This document shows, piece after piece, positions 49,199 through 63,303 of a stretch of 64,000 nt of DNA. Each line of letters opens with the position of its first letter. The stretch's first letter is position 1. The translations under genes were made by a program, and so were the position numbers. Source of the DNA: Laetmonice hystrix (taxonomy: Eukaryota); NCBI GenBank assembly GCA_965235115.1, contig OZ249436.1, forward strand, positions 13,518,001 to 13,582,000, read 5' to 3'. The notes beneath the pieces are model-generated. The model was not told the DNA's origin and made no database searches. It worked only from the letters and a program-made list of their open reading frames with translations.

Positions 49199-49846
49199 CT
49201 GTTGTAAGACAAAGTGTATATCTCGGTCACTTTTTAAGATAGCAGGTTGAAACTTGCAGGGAGGGTTCATCATGGGATGAAGATCTGTGCATATGAAGCA
49301 GGACTTCATGCGACGTCATGTCTTGGTTTTATGACGTCTCAAACACGTCACATGGAGCATCAATTTATCAACTCCCAACACAAAACTACTGTTACTTGGG
49401 GAAATATTGGTTATAGATCCTCTTCGTGGATGGTTCTCTAAGATACTTGTTCCATAACTTGACCTTGGATCATTACCCTTTCTGAGATTCGGGTCAAAGG
49501 TCACAATATGGTTAAATCCTTACTACTCTCTCATTTTTTTGAAAATCTTGACCAAACCACTTCTGGGTGTTCCTAGTGGATAGCTTAAAATTGTGGGGCC
49601 GTTGTTTAGCGATCGGACCTTTTTTCACTGAATCACGTGACATCAAAGTTTGATTCTTTGGTCAGTTTACCAGAAATCGGTCATATCTCTGGCAGTTTTT
49701 AACAGATCTTAATGAAACTTGGTAGGCTTAAAGAGGATGGGATGCTGAGCTAGATTTATGCAAACTTTTTTCTGTGACGTCACTCTTTTGTGTCATAAAG
49801 TCATCCACCTATTTCAAATAGGACCCAGGTACCTCTATACCCGTGA

Positions 49847-49919
49847 GTCTCAATAGCTGAGTGGGTAGCATGCCCGACCTAAAGGCTGGAGATCATCGGT
49901 TCGAATCCCACCAAGTACA
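49847..49919 (+). pseudogene. tRNA-like Pol III cassette, copy 1, inside the Helentron-like element
   Basis: A box TAGCTGAGTGG, B box GGTTCGAATCC at tRNA spacing, followed by a T6 run. Stems degenerate. Confidence 0.6.
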
Positions 49920-50218
49920 AAAACTTTTTTCTCATTTTTCACACTCTGAAAACCAAAACACCACCAGGCAGGATATGAGGCCTTGTCACAGTCATAGTTA
50001 TGAAATGTTTTGACATACATGGTTCTCAAAGATAAAGTTTACCAGAAATCGGTCATATCTCTGGCAGTTTTTAACAGATCTTAACGAAACTTAATAGGCT
50101 TAAAGAGGATGGGATGCTGAGCTAGATTTATGCAAACTTTTTTCTGTGACGTCACTCTTTTGTGTCATGACGTCATCCACCTATTTCAAATAGGACCTAG
50201 GTACCTCTACAAGCGTGA

Positions 50219-50291
50219 GTCTCAATAGCTGAGTTGGTAGCATGCTCGACCTAAAGGCCGGAGATCATGGGTTCGAATCCCACCAAATACG
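50219..50291 (+). pseudogene. tRNA-like Pol III cassette, copy 2
   Basis: TAGCTGAGTTGG...GGGTTCGAATCC followed by a T10 run. Part of the 372-bp duplication. Confidence 0.6.
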
Positions 50292-53200
50292 GAATTTTTT
50301 TTTTCTCATTTTTCAGACTCTGAATACCAAAACACCACCGGCACCAGGCAGGATATGAGGCCTTGTCAAAATCATAGTTATGAAATATTTTGACATACAT
50401 GGTTTTCAGAGATAATTTTCCCATAACTTGACCTCAGTCAATTACCCTTTCTGAGATTTGGGACAAAGGTTCCAGGACTGACAGTAAAACCAAGATGGCA
50501 GAGTGGTAAGGCTATGGGCCACTTTAGTTACTTGATAGCATACGAATGGCACCTGGCGTTTTCCTCATGACGTCCGGAGGAAATGGGATTAGTGTATTGC
50601 TTGCAATCATGATGTCTAGTTTCTTTTTCAACTTGCTTTTTTTGTTCAACATTGTGTGGAAATGTACCAAAGGAAAACTGTCTGTTCAGAGCAACTGCAA
50701 GATTGGACATAAATTCATTGGGAGGATTGCCACCAAAGAATTTAGAATCCCATACATGTATATTTTCTTTCACAATCAGAAATGAGGAATACGCGACAGT
50801 CGTATGACGGTACCGAGTAAATACCAGTAGTTCAGACTAGGACCATTGTGAGGTTGCAAAGGTAATCGACTTATGAGATTGTTGGAGTTGGAAGGCCCCA
50901 CAGTCGGTAGTATGAGCTAGAGCCAAGTTCTTCATGTTATGCCGACTCGTGCTGGGTCAATATTCATGCCATCACCTTCATTATTAACCTGTCAAGCCCT
51001 CGTATCAGCATTTGGCCAGACTGATGAGTATCTGACCTCGGGCAGGCGTTCTACGGTGGTGGAGATCAAATACTAGTAGTTACCACCTTGACACTAAGAT
51101 GTCTTCAGAATCTGATGGCAGATGCTCACTCACATGTATACGTACATGTGTGAGTATACATGGTACATCCCAATATATTGGGATGTACAATGTATACTCA
51201 CACTCATACTCCCCGGACATAACATTTCTAAATAGTGGACATATACGCACATTCCAACAAAGTCAGGGGTCCTATGTGTGCTGAAGATCCAATAAAACGT
51301 ACATAAATTTCCATGAAGTTTCTAACCTGTCAAGGAACTCGGGGTTTTTACGGTTCACACTGATTGCAAGGTGCCATTTTATGTATTTCGTATTTTCGTA
51401 TTTATGTATTGCCATTTTATGTATTTAAAAGTGGCCAAATCTAAAAGAAGACGTTTAGCCTATAAACAGATTGTCACCAGGCATATATATTTTACCATTT
51501 TGATTTAAACTTTAAATTAAAGTGTACTGTAAGAAAGTTAATCAGCACTCATGAACTAAACCTAACGTTCACAGATGTGGTTGAGTACAGGTGGGGGAGA
51601 GGGCACCTTTAAGACTGACGGTATCTGTGCTGTTGGTCGCTAAACTTTCCTAATTAAATACGCTTCTATTATTAACATCATTCACCCTTTGTAATTGATT
51701 TAAACCTATTATCTTGCAGATTCCCTTTTTAACAGAAAAAAGTCAGAAAATTTAAAATCAGCCCTAATTGAATGATGTGAAATAAATATGGAAGGAAATT
51801 GAATAAGTAAATTTACTGCTGTCTAAAGTCATTAGCAACATAATTTGGTAAAACATTTAATGAAAACAGGCCTGGAACTAAAGCTCAATTAGGTTCAGAT
51901 GGTCAAATGCTCAGATATACGGAGTTGAGAAAATTTAGCCACCCTTAACTTTGCCTGATCAGAGCTAGCTTTGAACAGTCAGAGTGTATGGGAAGTTTTT
52001 CCTGTAATGCAACCTGCCATTCACCTTTTGCAAAAGCCGTTCTGTGGAAACATTACAAGGGCGCCATTTAAAGTGGCTGAACGTGGCCAATCTTTATTAA
52101 AATGCACAGTTTGCAACTTCGGCCGTAGTTACTGCGGACGTTTTGAATTTTTTGTATGTCATACTATGTCATACATGATACACATGTCATACACATACTA
52201 TGTACAGTCATATGTTATAGGAAATCCTGTTCGAGATCCGTGAACTTTTTCTACATCTTTCGTTCAACTTTCTTCAGGCCGGGGTCTCTCAGAGTCCTGT
52301 TCTCTGAACGATTCTCAACCGGAAGCTAATTGCTACTTCTGTCTGCTGATCGTCCGCCCCCACAATCATTGACACTACATGCCATAAAGATAAAGCACCA
52401 GAGCTTGGCTGACATTCTCATTATGGCTGGAAATCTATATTGATGGGACAGTGTCTTTTATTTTGATGATGAGCTTCTCACTTTGCCGGCTGGGTGCGGA
52501 GGGCGCCAGGGCACTTTTTTAATAATGTATCACGACCATCAATGTTATATGAATGAGGCTATATTTTCGTTTATAGTGGTGATTGCTGACGTGTAACGAA
52601 CCGAATTCCTTTTGACTCATTACTATTCATGTGTGATCATTGTCAATAAATACTGATAATCCAAGCGGTAGTGTCTGGACAACGGATGATTCCACGCCCT
52701 CCTCAACAAAAGCTCCCCCCTAAACTGGCTGCAGAAACCGTCAAGATAAAGGAGTTGTTTTATCAGCGTCCTGTCCCAGAGAGCTCTCTGACTCATACAG
52801 AAGGCTATACCAGCTCGTGCCTATGTTTTTATTGGACGGTTACTGATCATGGTGGAGTCGACGTGTACATGGATTGCTGTTCGTAAATACAGCTGTAATG
52901 ACAGTGTCAGTTGTTCAATTAATCATAGGGTGAAGCTTACAGTTGGTGATGGATTGGAGGAAGAGAAACTTTTATGTGGCTGGATTTGTGAGTTGAATTG
53001 GACAGCTCTTCCACCAGCTATAGCTTCCTACGACATGATAATCTTCCTATTAAAGTAACATGACAGCTTTGTGAAACCCTTCCACTGCTCCTTTTTTTCA
53101 GATATGTTTTCAGATTGGATAATTTAAAAATGATTTCTTGGATAGTGATACCTTCTGCTAGATGTTGTAACGGTCGATTCTTTTTTACTTTTCTTCGTTT

Positions 53201-55295
53201 TCTGTGTATTTGCAATTATTCATGAAAATATTGGAAAGAGTTTTTACTAGGATGGTGTTACGTGGTAAGTGGCCAGTCATAAATTACCATGCAGGACGTC
53301 CCCGTTTTTTCGATGCTCTGTGGAGTAAACTACATAATGTGAGCGTCAGGATGTCGCATCCTGGCCAACTGATCCACATAGTATGCTATCCCATATAAAT
53401 GTATGCTTACTCACTTAATGGTAGATTGGGTTCTATTAGGGCGTGCGCGCAGTGGATGTCGACATGAGGGATATAAATGGGAAGATAACGACTAATCTAA
53501 CATACATTTTTCATGAGTGGAAGCTGATAATGTGAACCAGCACTCGGACAAGACAATGGAGGAACATCAGGTTCTAACAAGAACAGATTACATTCTTTTG
53601 TTCTTTTTATCTTCACTAGATACCTTACCGGTTATCCATTCAAAAATGCCTTGAGAGTGAAGAGCTTACTACCAAACATGTCACATCATTTAAGTTTTAA
53701 ATTGCTAATTTTCAGGGCTGATAATATGTAAATATTCAAAGTGTACAGTGGAGAACCTTAATTAGTTCTGGAGGATATTAGAGGGCAATAAATGTATACC
53801 AGCACTATGACCCACCGAGAGGCTGCATTGTTGCCAGGGGTATGATATTCAAACGGACGTGAAGCCTCAGCAGTCAGGAGGTTGCAAAAATAAGGAATGA
53901 TTCTAAAAACTATCGCAAAACTGAAAGGATTGTCGCCTCTTAATCGTAGTATTACCATGTTCAATCTTGAGACAAAATACAGATGCAATAGATTTGCATG
54001 TGTAGGAAACAGCAGAACGTGGAAGGGTTTCACGGCCAACAGTCCATGGACATTGACGTTTAAAAAAATCAAGTTTCCTTTGAATAAGTCATCAATCATG
54101 TAGTGGTTCATTTAGTCGTCAAGTTTCCTTCAAATGTTCACGCTACAGAATCATGCATATTGCTACTTTCTTGAAATTGCCTCGTTGATAGTGCTTGGAC
54201 AGGAAAAAAAGGACACAAAACACTGCATTAATATTCAGGTTCTATTCAGATATCTTCATGAGATGATCTTTTCTTAGTTATGGTCATGGATGCCCATGGT
54301 GGGGTCGTAGTGATTATTTCAAAACTCGGAAATGGTAGAAAGAATTATGATGGATGATATTACAATAATGCGAAATTTTTGAAAATAGAAAATGTTTGGA
54401 GAATTGAATACTGAAAGAGATCTTTAAAATAACATGCTCGTCCGATTGAGGACTGGATTCAATCAAAAAGTTGATAATAAAGAAAAGAACTAAAAAAGAT
54501 TTAAAACTGCTCTCTACATGTGACATTTCAATTAAAGACCGACAAAAAAGATGTATTTAATTATATGTCTCTCTATACATGGTAGGAAATCTAATCGATA
54601 GACTCAGCTTAGAGTATGTGATGTATAAGGTGTCTGAGTGTGTCCAAGCCTACAGTAAGCAGCGTCGATTGATGGCTAGATGCATCGACTACCACAGCGA
54701 GCCATTGAGGGCAACGTTCTCTGTGTACTCGATGTCAAGTCCTAATGGAATATAAGAAGTGCAAGTATACATCTCTCGGAAAAACAACAGGAAGAACTTA
54801 TGTGTATTGGAATGTCAATCCTACTGAAGTATTCCGATGTGAATCTTTGTCTGTGTTCTCAGGCTTTTCACGTTGTCTTATACGGGCGGAATGTAGGCGA
54901 AAGCTCACCCCCAAAAAAACCAAGCGTATAGACGTATATGGCATTTCTAGAAAAAGGGAGCTAAACTGTAGAAATATATTTCTCCCAGGTTAAGAGGTTT
55001 CAATCACATTTTGATTATTGAGAATGTGTTTTTCCTTTTTCTAAATCAAAAATGATTTATTCTTTACATAAGAGTTCAAAGGATATGTGTATAAGTTATA
55101 GATTGTACGACCCCAGGCGCTGTATTGAAATAAAAAAAATAGAAAAGAAAGTTGTGTAATGGATGCGGCATTAGGAAAACCATGGCCGCTAGTGTCCGCA
55201 GCAGAAACAGGAGTGGGAACTGGAGGGTTGGGAACAGTATGAAAATCAAGTCCAGCAATTAAACATCTGCAAAGAAAGCGCCAGGGCAGCCTTGA

Positions 55296-55322
55296 GCAAC
55301 AGCCTCAGCAACAGCAGCAGTC

Positions 55323-55397
<75 letters not shown>

Positions 55398-55435
55398 CTG
55401 CAGCAGCAGCAGCAGCAGCATCAGCAGCAGCCTCT

Positions 55436-55490
<55 letters not shown>
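55296..55490. repeat. (CAG)n microsatellite, interrupted
   Basis: About 60 CAG/CAA triplets with cctctg interruptions. Confidence 0.95.
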
Positions 55491-55493
<3 letters not shown>

Positions 55494-58400
55494 GGAAGTT
55501 GAATGCAGGGGCTGCAACAGGCGGGGCAGCAGGAGCCTCTGCATGGGCAGCAGTAGTAGGGGCAGTTGGAGCGAGAGCAGCCAGAGTCGATCAGCGTCTT
55601 CATCCATCATCTGTCAGTGGCCTCCAGGCTAACTAATCACCCCAGCAAATATTTAATAAATCTCTCTGTTGAAAAAAAAACAACAACCACCACACAGCTG
55701 GAATGAGTCCATATTTGTTTGCTTGATTATGTCTGAGACCCAAGACTGGGCCCTAGATTTTTACCGCGATGCATATATGAAAAATAATTTTAACTTTGTA
55801 GGTTACCAGTCACATAGATCTATATGCCAACTCTACCGCTTTGGGCGGTAGGATACTGTTTTTCAATCTCTGATATCGAATACCGCATCAAGGGTTCTAA
55901 TTACTAAAAATCTACCGCTTTTATCGTTGTATATTTGACTTTTTGACAGAATTTTGAGAACTTGATTTTAATCCTAGTTTGCAGGAGAATGCATGATTTG
56001 CACTTCAGTTTTCAAAATTTTCAGCCCCGCCTCCACTTGGTTGGAGGCGGGCCTACGTCAAATTGACATAAGCAGTTGCATTCTATTTCTTACATCAACG
56101 CGACGTCAGTTTTTAGGCAAATAATTATGGACCCCCATACTGGTATGAAATGGGAAGGTTGCTATGAAATGGGTGCTCTGTTGATTGGTAGCTCTGCACT
56201 GAAATGGTGTCCGTGTATACATGTTATGGTTACCTATATGATAATGAATCTTCCAGGATGGGAGAGTAGGGTTATAGTTTCGAAACTCCAGTATGACAGT
56301 ATGATAAGAATGTGATTATTGACAGATTATGAATCTGTGGTTACCCTCGAGGGTGAAGTGGACTGTCGATGCTAACTTTTCATGTATGATTATATTCGTG
56401 TTCGCTATGCTAATTGATTAGATATGGATTCAACAATATTATTATTATAGCAATAATACTGATACATTCATTACTTCTGTGTAGATTGGACATAAAACCA
56501 TTTAGTTAGTTTCCAAAGCAGTGTTTACCTTCAGGAGTTCCAATAAATCATTCTAATAGTAAATTGTTTTTACAGAGCACTGTTGTATGCCTTTTTGGCT
56601 ACGTCCTATTCTCATAATATCCTTTTAATCAGAACTTTGATAGTTGTTAATATGTTTTATGTACGTCCCCATTGTTTGGAATTATTGAACACCGCCAGGA
56701 GCTACAATATCAGCAGCAACAAACAATGCCAAACCTGCCAGAGATTAAAACTTGCTGGTTTAGACTTGGCCTGCCTTATTTCTGCTAGTTGAGATAGCTT
56801 TCTGGTTCACTCGTCATTCCTGTCCAGCCACATTAATGAATGATATCGCTGGAAACATCTGTCGGCATTCATGATTATAATGATAATCACATGGTACCTC
56901 CTAGGCATTCTGTGAACTTGGATTTGTTGGCTTAACAAGCATCAAAGTCGCTCTAACCGAAATGTTGTTCGTCATGAGATATTTAATAAAAATGAAGAGT
57001 TCTCTCACAAAGAAAGGGATCCTGCTGTGTGTGGGGCTTTCTCCTGTTAATTTTAACTGCCGTGTGGGGAACGTTTTGAAGTCAGCCATTTTGTTGTGTG
57101 TGTACATGTTTCTTTGCTGTATTTATCTTTAGATTAGATGTAGGGATCGGATCAGCATATTCAGTATTACATGTGCATTGATTTTTAAATATGGTTATGT
57201 CATTCTCCTTGCAGCTGCTTTGCCACGTTCGACTTGATGCACCAGCTGTGTGACAGTACGAATGCGGCTTACATGGTCAGTAAGAGTGGTTACATTTTTT
57301 TTCTTTTTGTTCAGATGTAATTAAGAAGTCATCCGTCCTTTCTATGTGGCATTTCAGCAGTTTTGTTCACGTTTGAACACCTTGCTTTTGACAGTTTTGT
57401 GCTTTGTTGCAAGTTCTGATGAACATGCATTAAAGACAGCTGAGAATTGCAGATTTTGTGTGAAGCAAAAGACGTTGGGCAGCTGTTTAAAATGGAAATT
57501 AGGGCACTCCTGCTGGTTTTCCACCACACTGTAGAAAATTACAGAGTAAATTGTTCATTTGATACTCGTCTTTACTTAATGTTATATCGGACCACTGTGT
57601 TTGTTAAACGTTGTGAACCATGGTTACGTATTTCGGCTGTCTCAGTCTCTGGCTGGCAATCATACACAAAATGTGAATATAGGTTGTAAAATGTGTGAAC
57701 CATCGTAACGTAGTTCGGCTATCTCAGTACGGTCATGTATTTCGATACAGAAGCCGTCTATCGTGCATCTCGATCTGACTGTCCCGATATTTATCGTCTG
57801 TTGAGCCCAAACTTCGTCTTCTCACAAGTGATTCTGATCGTATTTCGTTTTTTTTAAACGTGCACGGACCAGTTAACGTATAATCACTGGCTATGTATGG
57901 GGCCAATTCATTTTATACACTATTAGAAACTTGAAATTTGTATTGGATGATTTGTGTGCATGTACGGTATACTTTAAACTTAAAACTTGTTGAAAGAGAC
58001 CGTTTCAATCCGTGGGCATTGTGAATTTAAGACCTTCCTTACATTTCTAATATAAATTAGTTGCTCTGAGATAGATGACATTTCCTTAATTCGAACCCCA
58101 GGAAATATTGGTTAATGAAACCTAGACTTGCAGGAAGGCGGTAGGAATTCTGTGAAAATCATTTATTCCAGCAGGTTTGTCAACACTTTGTACATAAAAT
58201 TCATTGGTTAATGTCTCTAACACTACGTTTCCCGGTAATTTGACATGGAGATAAATACAGTTATTACTTTCTGGTTCGGGACAGTAAGACTTTTACTGAT
58301 TTCTAAATCATTTTTGAGATCTAATTTGTCGTATGCTAAAGTGTCTCGTTGAGATGTAGAGGATTTCTCACAATTACAAATCATGAGGCAATGATGTTGG

Positions 58401-59173
58401 TGACGTCTATTCCACAGGCGACACACACTGGCACCAATGGCTCTGCCCCTTATTAACCAGTTCTACAAAATGACAAATAGTCTTGTGCAGCCACTAGTCA
58501 GGAGCTAATGTGACAAGTATGGTGTAATGTAAATATCATTCACGTGTAATTGTGCAGCAGTAATCCCCTTCCATTTTGCTGTTCTACATGCCTGCATAAT
58601 GTTGTTAGTGACATTGATATGCAATTTAATTTCATGCACGATGAAAGACAAAGAGTGGAAGATAAGATTTGCTTCATTGGGTGTAAAACTGTATTAAAAC
58701 TGGAGAAGGCTGTAATGTTGTGTGTTATAGTTGTAAGTTTGGTCCAAGATACTGTCTTTCGACACACCCACTACTAACATGAAAGTTTCTGTAATCTGTA
58801 TTCACAGAAATAAGTGCCTGAGGTGCAAAAAGGAGGATTTAAAGATGACAAAGATGCAATTAAGTCGGTCAACTGTGGCGAAATACAAAACCACACTTTC
58901 AGATTAACTAACTAATTATGTTGATTATATGGAGGAACGAAACCTATAATTGTGGCTCTCTACACTTTCAAATAGTGGTGTGATTGCTGACGGTCAAGCA
59001 CGAGCTCATAATCATCGTTCAATTGTTTTTTAAGATCGCAGATTACCCAGCCTCTCACAGTTCATATCCTAATATTGTTTTTGTGGCCAATGGTGAGTGT
59101 TCAGAGCCCTCAGACTCTTCCTGATATCAAGGAGACGTTCATAGATCAGACAGGGAGGTGGAGTGGAAGGATG

Positions 59174-59777
59174 CCTGACCATACTGTAGGATACAGAGGT
59201 CACTGATAACCCTAACCATACTGTAGGATACAGAGGTCACTGATAACCCTGACCATACTGTAGGATACAGAGGTCACTGATAACCCTAACCATACTGTAG
59301 GATACAGAGGTCACTGATAACCCTGACCATACTGTAGAATACAGAGGTCACTGATAACCCTGACCATAACTGTGGGATACAGAGGTCACTGATAACCCTG
59401 ACCATACTGCAGGATACAGAGGTCACTGATAACCCTGACCATACTGCAGGATACAGAGGTCACTGATAACCCTGACCATACTGCAGGATACAGAGGTCAC
59501 TAATAACCCTGACCATACTGCAGGATACAGAGGTCACTAATAACCCTGACCATACTGCAGGATACAGAGGTCACTGATAACCCTGACCATACTGTAGGAT
59601 ACAGAGGTCACTGATAACCCTGACTATAACTGTGGGATACAGAGGTCACTGATAACCCTGACCATACTGTGAGTGTGGGATACAGAGGTCACTGATAACC
59701 CTGACCATACTGTAGGATACAGAGGTCACTGATAACCCTGACCATACTGTAAAATACAGAGGTCACTGATAACCCTA
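59174..59777. repeat. Minisatellite, 37-bp unit, ~16 copies
   Basis: Unit tgaccatactgtaggatacagaggtcactgataaccc. Confidence 0.97.
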
Positions 59778-60969
59778 CCCACTATTTGATCCTATCATTC
59801 GACCAGCGAGGACCATTAATCTACACCTCTAGGTGGCGCTGCAGGCAGTTTGCTCGATCGTGCAGAGACAATGTTTATTGTCGAGTTACCTCAGGGGACG
59901 GCCGAGCCACCTTGCTGCCTCCTTCACGCTCCTGTATCATAACCCCCCCCCCCCCCCAGCATCCCTGTACACGTATTTCATGAGTGAAGATTAAAGTTTG
60001 AATGATCTCTTAGTGCTGGGACGTATGTGAGGTAGGCTAAACAGCAGCAATGATAGGGCACATCTCTAAGGCGTGTTTTTATAACGGTTAGGCCGCCTGA
60101 TCCCATCTCCATTTAATTGTAAAATATCTCAGAGATCTGATCGTATTGTACAGAAAAAGGTCACAGTAGTACATGTATTTAGTGTAGGAATGGTCGGTGC
60201 GCCGTATCACTTAGGCCCTTTAAAAAGAAGCAGTTTTTTCCCTGATGTTCCAGTGACTGACCGATTTGAAACTTAGCCAGGTTAAGAGAAGAAATGCAGA
60301 CATCGTTTTTAAGTAGGACGTTGTTGAGGCGAAGTGGCAACTTTTCATAGCGACATTTTCCCCATAAGACGTGTATAAGTCTGAAATGTACAAATCGAGT
60401 CATCGAAAATGTAATGTAATGTAATCTGTGATGAGAAATCTGAATATAGAATGAGAGCCGGATGCAAATACAGATGAAAGAATTTATTGGTCTTCACGTC
60501 CTATGGGTACTCCTAGCATTAGAAATCTCAGCGACATCGTCAATACTTTTACACGACTAGTCCATTATGCAAAGCCGTATGAACAGTTGGCGAAGGTAGA
60601 AAATGCTGCATCATTTACAACGACTGGAGACAGTCTGGGTAGAAGTAGAGATTATAATTTTGTAAAGAATGGCAATCACGAATGTGAAGAGGTTTAGTAA
60701 ATGTGACTGACTAAATATGCACTTTGGAGGTAAATTTGGTAACATAATGTAAGGGGTTTGCTGTGTAGTGATACAGCTGATTGCCTCTGTGGCCTGGGGG
60801 ACGTTTAGAGGTTAGTTGGCTGCCAGCACTTAAATTCAAGGTAAATTAGCTACTGTTAAACTTTGATAGGTCTGATATTGTTCCCGGTCCATAGCCTTTC
60901 ATTTAAAGATTTTGGGTTAGGTTAGGATAGTGTTGTCGATGCGGCGCCAGCGGGTAGAGATGGGATGGC

Positions 60970-61083
60970 CGGGGGGGGGGGGGGGTAGGATGAGGTGGGG
61001 GCGGGGGCGGGGCTGGAGGGTAGGATGAGGCGGGGGGGGGGGGGCTGGAGGGTAGAATGAAGTGGGGGGGGGGGGGGGCTGGT
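60970..61083 (+). repeat. G-rich imperfect tandem repeat (G-quadruplex-prone)
   Basis: Three units of gggtag(g/a)atga...G-run...gctgg. Confidence 0.7.
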
Positions 61084-62889
61084 GTAGCATACCGTGAACG
61101 GTGGATATCAGTTTGGCTCCACAGCTGCCGAGTTAAATTATCTTCTTGGACATTCTCTCGTGTATTTGATAGATGTGATGACTATTCCGTGTGCAAACAG
61201 TGAGATTGTTATGATAAGTGATAACTGTTCATTCAATCATTCTATATGTGCATAACCTGTAAAAACTGTATTTTTCATATGAGATATGTAAGCCATTTAT
61301 AACGTGAGGAACCTTTGTTTCTCTAGTAATGAGGCTAATGGAAGAATGTATAAATGTTTTCAAGAATTATATTTACTGAAATTAGGGAGAGTATATGAAA
61401 CGTGGAGCTTTTCATGAATTATGTAGGCATTGTATAAAAGAATAGAAAATTAAGATTGATTTTACTGGGTGGAGTAGAGTGATTGCCTGAACGATTTAAT
61501 GGTTGTGTTAGGAGTATAATCACATTAGGACCAGCACTGGAGCCACATGTCTGAAAGATTTAATACTCTATCTGATCCATAATGGAATCTTCAGTTCACA
61601 TCTATTTATCATATATAGCACTTGGATAATGAAGAAAAAGATTCAGTAGTGGAGAAGGGATTTCAGGGTGCTAGGACAGTGTTGCTGTTACACGGGCGGC
61701 ATAGAAAAGGATGGGGATGGACTGTAAAAGTAAGGCCTTCCATATTAGGTATCGAAATACTGCGCTGATCAGCTTCCTAGCAATATTAACAGCGAATAGT
61801 AACGCTTTGTAAAAGTAATCACTCCATTTAACTCTATGTCATGAAGGTTTAACATATATTATAACGTACATGTATAAAATCATAGGTGATTTTTGGCTTC
61901 ATACCATTCAGATTCCTTGTTTGGTAGCGAGAGGTCGAAGATTCGTTTGGGTTTGGTTTCCGTCAGGTTTTATGTTTGTGGTACGAAACATCTATAGATG
62001 GGCATGAACTTGACCTAAGTATGATTGGAATTAATATGGAATGTTTCATGATTTCATATGAAAGGATCTGGCCAGAACTTGAAACCATTGTTAAAACTCA
62101 TGGGTATCAGGTGGAACAGGACTTGTGTAAATTTTAATAAAAGGTTAACACATCATGTCACTTTCATTAAATCTTTTATGGAACATGTCAAAAATTGAAA
62201 TAAAACATGATCGGTTCCTCTTTGATTGTGTTCGATAAGGATCTATGAAAAGCCTAATTATATGCCTGAATAGGCTTCCTTGTTGTCTGTCGGTGTATTT
62301 GATTATTTCCGCTTCATGTCCCAAAAGCGCGAGGACAGTTATTTATTGTTAGGACCATTTCCTTCGTCCTGAAAAATGTCGCCATAGAATGAAATGGCAG
62401 AGGGAGATATGATTTATTTTTTCTAAAAGCGCCGTTCAAGTGCTTTTATGAGTTTATTTTGTTTTGAGTATTTTACACTGTTTCGTTGTGATCAGTATGA
62501 ATGTAAATAGAACTTTTTTTGAACCTCCCTTTGTAAAATATAATTCTACAGGACTAGTAACCTCGAAACCTGATTCAAGGCTCACTCTTTCTTCCCGACA
62601 ACTCTGCAGGTGCTGCTTTGATCTTTGAGACAATCCTGCCTCTCATTTCACATAGCATTACACATTGTGTTGCCAAGGCCATCGAGCAATCCGTTGTTAC
62701 ATTGAAATGTGACAAGACCATAGAAAGTGTCTTTGAGATGAGAGACGGGAGACTTGTCTGGGTGTAATGTTCCACAGTAAATGTCACGGAGAGACAGAAT
62801 GGAGCAGTATCACAGTAAACGACAGAGGGGTAAAAATGCCAACAGTTGGTCGCATGAGGACTGGGGGCTGCAGACCTGTCGATTACCAG

Positions 62890-63102
62890 GGCCCGGTTTT
62901 TTGGTTTACTTTTCCACCCTGAGCAAGGGTGAGTTGAGCTGAGTAAGGGTGGGCATGAACTCATGCCGTGAGGCGTGCTCACGGCGAGCAAGCTTACGGA
63001 GAAAAAAAACCAAAACGAAACTGTGAGCATGAGCTCTGCTCACCCTTGATCAGCTCAGCTCACCCTTGCTCACGGTGGAAAAGTAAACAAAAAAACCGGG
63101 CC
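62890..63102. mobile_element. Nearly fully palindromic Harbinger-like MITE (CAG TSD)
   Basis: cag|ggcccggttttttggtttacttttccacc.tgagcaagggtgag ... ctcacccttgctcacggtggaaaagtaaacaaaaaaaccgggcc|cag. Confidence 0.8.
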
Positions 63103-63212
63103 CAGGACTTAGTGTCTGAGCAACAATTACTTCGTGTATAGTTGAATGAGGAGGGGTAGCAGGATGGAGGGAGCGTAGGAGGGAGGGAGGAAAGATGGGG
63201 AGGAGGGGGGGG

Positions 63213-63214
<2 letters not shown>

Positions 63215-63297
<83 letters not shown>

Positions 63298-63303
63298 GCA
63301 GCA
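63215..63303. repeat. (CAG)n microsatellite
   Basis: About 29 CAG triplets with two AAG interruptions. Confidence 0.95.

Larger units (their letters stand above)
49037..50622 (+). mobile_element. Helentron/HINE-like non-autonomous rolling-circle element
   Basis: T-run, then hairpin atcccatttccc-tgacg-gggaaatgggat (duplicated, 69-bp period) and (ATT)n microsatellite. Body has a 372-bp tandem duplication. 3' subTIR ggaaatgggat (50579-50589), small stem attgcttgcaat, and CTAG-TT end. Confidence 0.75.

Noticed and set aside
55292..55636. Poly-Ala/Leu/Cys ORFs, including LIDSGCSR resembling a retroviral protease DSG motif
   Set aside because: Frames are open because of the (CAG)n tract. No gag/RT context. 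The same applies to 63050-63317.
52560..58900. Possible decayed coding or TE sequence in the gene-poor right part
   Set aside because: Short ORFs with no recognisable motifs or consistent splice structure. May be a large intron or old TE debris. Needs BLASTX.
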